64,000 bases of DNA from an uncultured Pelagibacteraceae bacterium (GTDB lineage Bacteria > Pseudomonadota > Alphaproteobacteria > Pelagibacterales > AG-422-B15). Each line of letters opens with the position of its first letter. The first letter of the stretch is position 1. Positions 59,984 through 64,000 of the stretch are shown here, in pieces. Under the pieces are notes generated by a model. The model did no database searches. It was not told where the DNA came from and saw only the letters and a program-made list of their open reading frames with translations. The position numbers were made by a program, and so were the translations under genes. Location: NCBI GenBank assembly GCA_905182145.1, contig CAJJAN010000023.1:16668-80667 (forward strand), in the 5' to 3' direction.

Positions 59984-62053
59984 ATGATTATTAATCTCGT
60001 TATTCTAAGTGGAATTCTTTCTTTAATTTATGGTTATTGGGCAGGAAACTCTGTTCTTAAAAGTGATGCAGGCAATGAAAAAATGCAGGAAATATCTTTA
60101 GCCATTCAAGAAGGTGCCCAAGCTTATTTAAATAGACAGTACTCAACCATAGCAATTGTTGGGGCGGTAATTTGTGTTTTAATGTACTTATTTTTTAGAG
60201 ACCTATGGGTTGTAGGTGGTTATTTGGTTGGAGCTATTTTATCAGGTGTTGCTGGATATATTGGAATGCTTATTTCAGTTCGTGCAAACGTAAGAACAGC
60301 TCAGGCTGCTTCTGAAAGCCTAAGCAAAGGTTTGAGTGTAGCTTTTAAAGCAGGCGCGGTAACTGGCATGTTGGTAGCAGGACTGGCTTTATTATCTATT
60401 GCTGTTTATTATTATTTCTTAGATATGTATAATGTTGATGCTACAACACTTAAACATTCATTAGTTGCACTTGGTTTTGGTGCGTCATTAATTTCTATTT
60501 TTGCAAGATTAGGTGGAGGCATTTTTACTAAAGGTGCTGATGTTGGTGCCGATTTAGTTGGAAAAATTGAAGCTGGAATTCCTGAAGATGATCCAAGAAA
60601 TCCTGCTGTTATAGCTGACAATGTTGGAGATAACGTTGGTGATTGTGCTGGTATGGCTGCAGATTTATTTGAAACATATGCAGTAACAATTGTTGCTACT
60701 ATGGTTTTAGCAACAATCTTCTTTGCAGGTAATGTTGATATGTTGCTTTACCCATTAGCTATTGGTGGTAGCTGTTTAATTGCCTCTATAGCAGGAACTT
60801 TTTTTGTAAGATTAGGTAAATCAAATAATATTATGGGAGCTTTGTATAAAGGCTTTATAGCTTCTGCATTATTGTCATTAGCAATTATGTATCCAGTCAC
60901 AAATTATGTTATTGGTTTTAGTAGTGAGTTTAGTGTTGCTGAATCTTCATTTACTGGTCAAGATTTATATATTTGTGCAATTATTGGACTTGTGATTACA
61001 GGTCTACTAATTTGGATCACTGAATATTACACAGGAACTAATTACAGACCCGTTCAAAGTATTGCAAAAGCATCTACTACTGGACATGGAACAAATGTAA
61101 TTCAAGGGCTTGCTGTTTCTATGGAAGCAACTGCCTTACCGGCTTTAGTAATTGTTATCGGTATAATAGCTACGTTCAAACTTGCAGGCTTATTTGGAAT
61201 TGCAATATCTGTTACAGCAATGCTTTCTTTAGCAGGAATGGTAGTAGCACTTGATGCTTATGGTCCAGTTACAGATAATGCTGGTGGCATAGCTGAAATG
61301 GCAAATTTACCAGAAAACGTTAGAAAAACTACAGATGCATTAGATGCCGTTGGAAATACAACTAAGGCAGTTACAAAAGGATATGCTATTGGTTCCGCTG
61401 GTTTAGGTGCGCTTGTTTTATTTGCGGCTTATACTGAGGATTTAAAGTTAATGCCAAACATACAGCCTGATTTTTCTCTTGAAAATCCCTATGTTGTTAT
61501 CGGCTTATTAGTAGGTGGTTTACTACCTTACTTATTTGCATCAATGGGCATGATGGCTGTAGGTAGAGCAGGTGGAGCTGTTGTCGAAGAAGTCAGACAA
61601 CAGTTTGCTGAAAATCCAGGTATTATGACTGGAGAAACGAAGCCAAATTATTCAAAATCAGTTGATCTTTTAACAAAAGCTGCAATTAAAGAAATGATAT
61701 TACCCTCTATGCTTCCGGTGTTTTCACCATTAGTTCTATATTATGTAGTTGTTTTAGTTGCTGATCAAAATGCAGCAGCTTCTGCTTTAGGCGCAATGCT
61801 TTTAGGAGTTATTGTTACTGGTATATTCCTAGCAATATCTATGACTGCCGGTGGTGGTGCTTGGGATAATGCTAAGAAATATGTAGAAGATGGTAATTTT
61901 GGTGGTAAAGGTTCGGATGCACACAAAGCTGCTATTACTGGAGATACTGTAGGCGATCCTTATAAAGACACTGCTGGTCCAGCTATTAACCCAATGATCA
62001 AGATAACTAATATCGTTGCATTGTTACTTTTAGCTTTTCTAAGTCAACACTAA
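59984..62053 (+). CDS. hppA: Membrane-bound proton-translocating pyrophosphatase, K+-independent type
   Basis: 689 aa, polytopic. [18 protein letters not shown] and [19 protein letters not shown] motifs. It has GNTTKA (Lys rather than the Ala of GNTTAA), the known K+-independence determinant. Confidence 0.96.
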   Translation: MIINLVILSGILSLIYGYWAGNSVLKSDAGNEKMQEISLAIQEGAQAYLNRQYSTIAIVGAVICVLMYLFFRDLWVVGGYLVGAILSGVAGYIGMLISVRANVRTAQAASESLSKGLSVAFKAGAVTGMLVAGLALLSIAVYYYFLDMYNVDATTLKHSLVALGFGASLISIFARLGGGIFTKGADVGADLVGKIEAGIPEDDPRNPAVIADNVGDNVGDCAGMAADLFETYAVTIVATMVLATIFFAGNVDMLLYPLAIGGSCLIASIAGTFFVRLGKSNNIMGALYKGFIASALLSLAIMYPVTNYVIGFSSEFSVAESSFTGQDLYICAIIGLVITGLLIWITEYYTGTNYRPVQSIAKASTTGHGTNVIQGLAVSMEATALPALVIVIGIIATFKLAGLFGIAISVTAMLSLAGMVVALDAYGPVTDNAGGIAEMANLPENVRKTTDALDAVGNTTKAVTKGYAIGSAGLGALVLFAAYTEDLKLMPNIQPDFSLENPYVVIGLLVGGLLPYLFASMGMMAVGRAGGAVVEEVRQQFAENPGIMTGETKPNYSKSVDLLTKAAIKEMILPSMLPVFSPLVLYYVVVLVADQNAAASALGAMLLGVIVTGIFLAISMTAGGGAWDNAKKYVEDGNFGGKGSDAHKAAITGDTVGDPYKDTAGPAINPMIKITNIVALLLLAFLSQH

Positions 62054-62065
62054 AGTTAAATAGAC

Positions 62066-62488
62066 CTATAATCCACGCGTGAACGCGTCATATAGTTGGT
62101 CTAAGACAGAATACTTAGTTCCATAACTATAAGTTTGTTTATTGTTATACTTGATGTCTAACATCTGATTCTTGTCATATATTTCTTGCGAAATCAAAAT
62201 ATCATCTGCATCAAAGTTGAATGCAAAAATAAGTTGATCTTGAAACTCATCTTTTGAAAAAACTTTTTTCTCTTTTGAGGATGCTATATATAGCCATGTA
62301 TTACCAACATCCTCAATTTTAATAGATGGTGATCCATACGAGGCAATTAAGTCTACCTTTGAAGAAATTCCAATTGTTTGAGGTTCGCTTATTAATATAT
62401 CCTCTAATTGATAGCCGTGTGGCTTTATAACCGGTGCACAAGATGATAAAAAAAATGATAATATCAAGAATATTTGTGTTAACTTCAT
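62066..62488 (-). CDS. bamE: BamE (SmpA/OmlA)-like outer-membrane lipoprotein
   Basis: 140 aa. Signal plus lipobox FFLSSC, then HGYQLEDILI...SKVDLIASYGSPS...NTWLY, resembling BamE domains. Confidence 0.65.
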   Translation of the reverse strand: MKLTQIFLILSFFLSSCAPVIKPHGYQLEDILISEPQTIGISSKVDLIASYGSPSIKIEDVGNTWLYIASSKEKKVFSKDEFQDQLIFAFNFDADDILISQEIYDKNQMLDIKYNNKQTYSYGTKYSVLDQLYDAFTRGL

Positions 62489-62500
62489 AATAGATAAAAA

Positions 62501-63034
62501 ATGCCTAATTCAATAAATAAATTAATAATAGAAAATATTTATACGAATATTGTTCAAACTTCTAGAAATAAGATTTTTTTCTTAGATTTTAAGGTCAATG
62601 ACACTGTCGAAAGTCGTTTTGATATTATAATACTTCACTCATTTATAGTTTTTTATTTTTTTATAGACGGTGAAAGAAAAAAATCAGAACTTCCACAATT
62701 ACTTTTTGATCATATGTTTGCGGATTTTGATAGCAACTTAAGAGAAATGGGTTTTGGTGATATTGCGGTTAATAAAAGAATGAAGCAATTTATAAATGCA
62801 TTTTATGGAAGAATTTCTAACTATAGCAAGGGCCTTACGCAATTTAAAAAATTAAATGATGATAAGATGCTTAAGGGCACTATTATCAAAAATATATACA
62901 AAGATAATAATGTGGAGATTGAGAGTATAAATTTTTGGAGTGAATATATAATTAGCAATGTTGATTATATAAACAATAGATCACTAGAGCAAAATATTGA
63001 TAATTTTTTTGGCTTTAAGCAATTGAACGTATGA
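62501..63034 (+). CDS. Ubiquinol-cytochrome c chaperone (Cbp3-like) family protein
   Basis: 177 aa. ESRFDIIILHSFIVFYFF...LFDHMFADFDSNLREMGFGDIAVNKRMKQFINAFYGR matches the bacterial family pattern. Confidence 0.75.
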   Translation: MPNSINKLIIENIYTNIVQTSRNKIFFLDFKVNDTVESRFDIIILHSFIVFYFFIDGERKKSELPQLLFDHMFADFDSNLREMGFGDIAVNKRMKQFINAFYGRISNYSKGLTQFKKLNDDKMLKGTIIKNIYKDNNVEIESINFWSEYIISNVDYINNRSLEQNIDNFFGFKQLNV

Positions 63035-64000
63035 TAGATAACAGGGAAACAATAAAGATTTCGATTGACACACTTGGCAGTGAAACGTCAATAGCAAATA
63101 TAATAAAAGGATTAAACACCTCCTTTCTGCGAAATGATAATTATTTTTTTAGACTTTTTGGACCTAAAGAGAAATTGAACTACGAGCTAAAAAAATTTAG
63201 TACATTAAAAGAAAATGTAGAAATTATCGATTGCAATGAATTCGTTGAGATGACTGATAAGCCTAGTGAGGTAATGAAAACTAAAAAAAACTCTTCAATG
63301 TTTAAATCTATTATTTCTATTTTAGAAACAGACTCTAAAGCTGTTTTATCTTGTGGTAACACAGGAGCTTTAATGGCTATTTCATTATTAAACTTAAAGA
63401 CATTGGATACAATAAAGAGACCTGCCATTGCATCTATATGGCCGAATGTAATAGGTGAGTCAATCGTTCTAGATCTTGGGGCAAACATTAAATCAGATAG
63501 TCAGTTTTTGATTGATAATGCTATCCTTGGTACAAGTTTAGCAACAACTCTTTTAAAAATTAAAACTCCATCAGTTGGTTTACTTAATGTAGGCAAGGAA
63601 GATAGCAAGGGTAATGAAGTTCTTCAAAAAGCTTCTCATGAGTTATCAGCATTAGATGCTAAAGGATTAATTAATTACTATGGATTTGTTGAAGGAAGCG
63701 ATATTTCAAATGGATTGACTAATGTAGTAATAACTGATGGTTTTACAGGGAATATTGCACTAAAAACAGCTGAAGGAACAGCTAGGATGATACAAGTTTT
63801 TTTGAAAAACTCACTTAAAAGCTCGCTTGTATCAAAACTAGGAGCTTTCCTTGCTTCATTCGCACTTTCCTCGCTAAAAGACAAATTAGATCCTAGAGTA
63901 CATAACTGTGGAATTTTTGTAGGCTTAAATGCCCCAGTAATTAAGTGTCATGGTGCTTCAGATCACATCGGTATAACCTATGCTGCAGATTTGCTTTACA
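63031..64000 (+). CDS. plsX: Phosphate acyltransferase PlsX, N-terminal ~323 codons (3' end lies outside the window)
   Basis: Not in the ORF track because it has no stop in the window. My translation from ATG 63031: MIDNRETIKISIDTLGSE...VLSCGNTGALMA...VVITDGFTGNIALKTAEG...VIKCHGAS. ATGA overlap with the upstream gene. Confidence 0.92.
   Translation, partial: MIDNRETIKISIDTLGSETSIANIIKGLNTSFLRNDNYFFRLFGPKEKLNYELKKFSTLKENVEIIDCNEFVEMTDKPSEVMKTKKNSSMFKSIISILETDSKAVLSCGNTGALMAISLLNLKTLDTIKRPAIASIWPNVIGESIVLDLGANIKSDSQFLIDNAILGTSLATTLLKIKTPSVGLLNVGKEDSKGNEVLQKASHELSALDAKGLINYYGFVEGSDISNGLTNVVITDGFTGNIALKTAEGTARMIQVFLKNSLKSSLVSKLGAFLASFALSSLKDKLDPRVHNCGIFVGLNAPVIKCHGASDHIGITYAADLLY

Overview
This is a 64-kb window of a very AT-rich, very gene-dense bacterial chromosome. 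By my hand tally only about 1.2 kb (~2%) is non-coding. Gene content and order look alphaproteobacterial. The tiny spacers and many ATGA/TAATG overlaps fit a streamlined marine lineage such as SAR11/Pelagibacterales, but that is inference and no search was run. CDS coordinates include the stop codon, as in the ORF track.

Layout:
- 1-18068: 3' end of rpoC, then rpsL-rpsG-fusA joined directly to the S10, spc and alpha ribosomal-protein operons. There is no tuf between fusA and rpsJ.
- 18121-22549: an RluA-family pseudouridine synthase and pccB-pccA.
- 22551-32700, minus strand: a gamma-butyrobetaine-dioxygenase-like gene, lipB, panC, a GDPD gene, a HAD-like gene and a PuuC-like aldehyde dehydrogenase, followed by topA, plsY, pyrB and ruvX.
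- 32760-36079: gatCAB and tRNA-Ser(GCU).
- 36081-49235: slt, dapA, smpB, folK, spoT, pyrE, pdxJ-acpS-lepB-rnc-era-recO and parC.
- 49255-53925: a PuuB-like oxidase, a beta-hydroxyacid dehydrogenase, hemB, a DUF1295 membrane protein and a second GDPD gene.
- 53995-64000: rpiB-glyA-nrdR-ribD-ribE-ribBA-ribH-nusB, hppA, a bamE-like gene, a Cbp3-like chaperone gene, and the 5' part of plsX. plsX runs off the window and is not in the ORF track.

I saw no rRNA, CRISPR array, transposase, integrase, phage or defence genes. I could not support any novel multi-gene system; this reads as core genome.

The most unusual points are:
- a single in-frame TAA splitting an otherwise intact folK;
- a perfect 9-bp x4 tandem repeat at the 5' end of rpsE;
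- a 26-gene ribosomal unit with no leader-sized spacers;
- convergent and divergent gene pairs that overlap or sit 1-18 bp apart;
- a eukaryote-like BBOX homolog lacking the N-terminal Zn-cysteines and start/stop-overlapped with lipB;
- a PuuC-like ALDH co-oriented with panC;
- a RibBA whose GTP cyclohydrolase II half has lost its zinc ligands.
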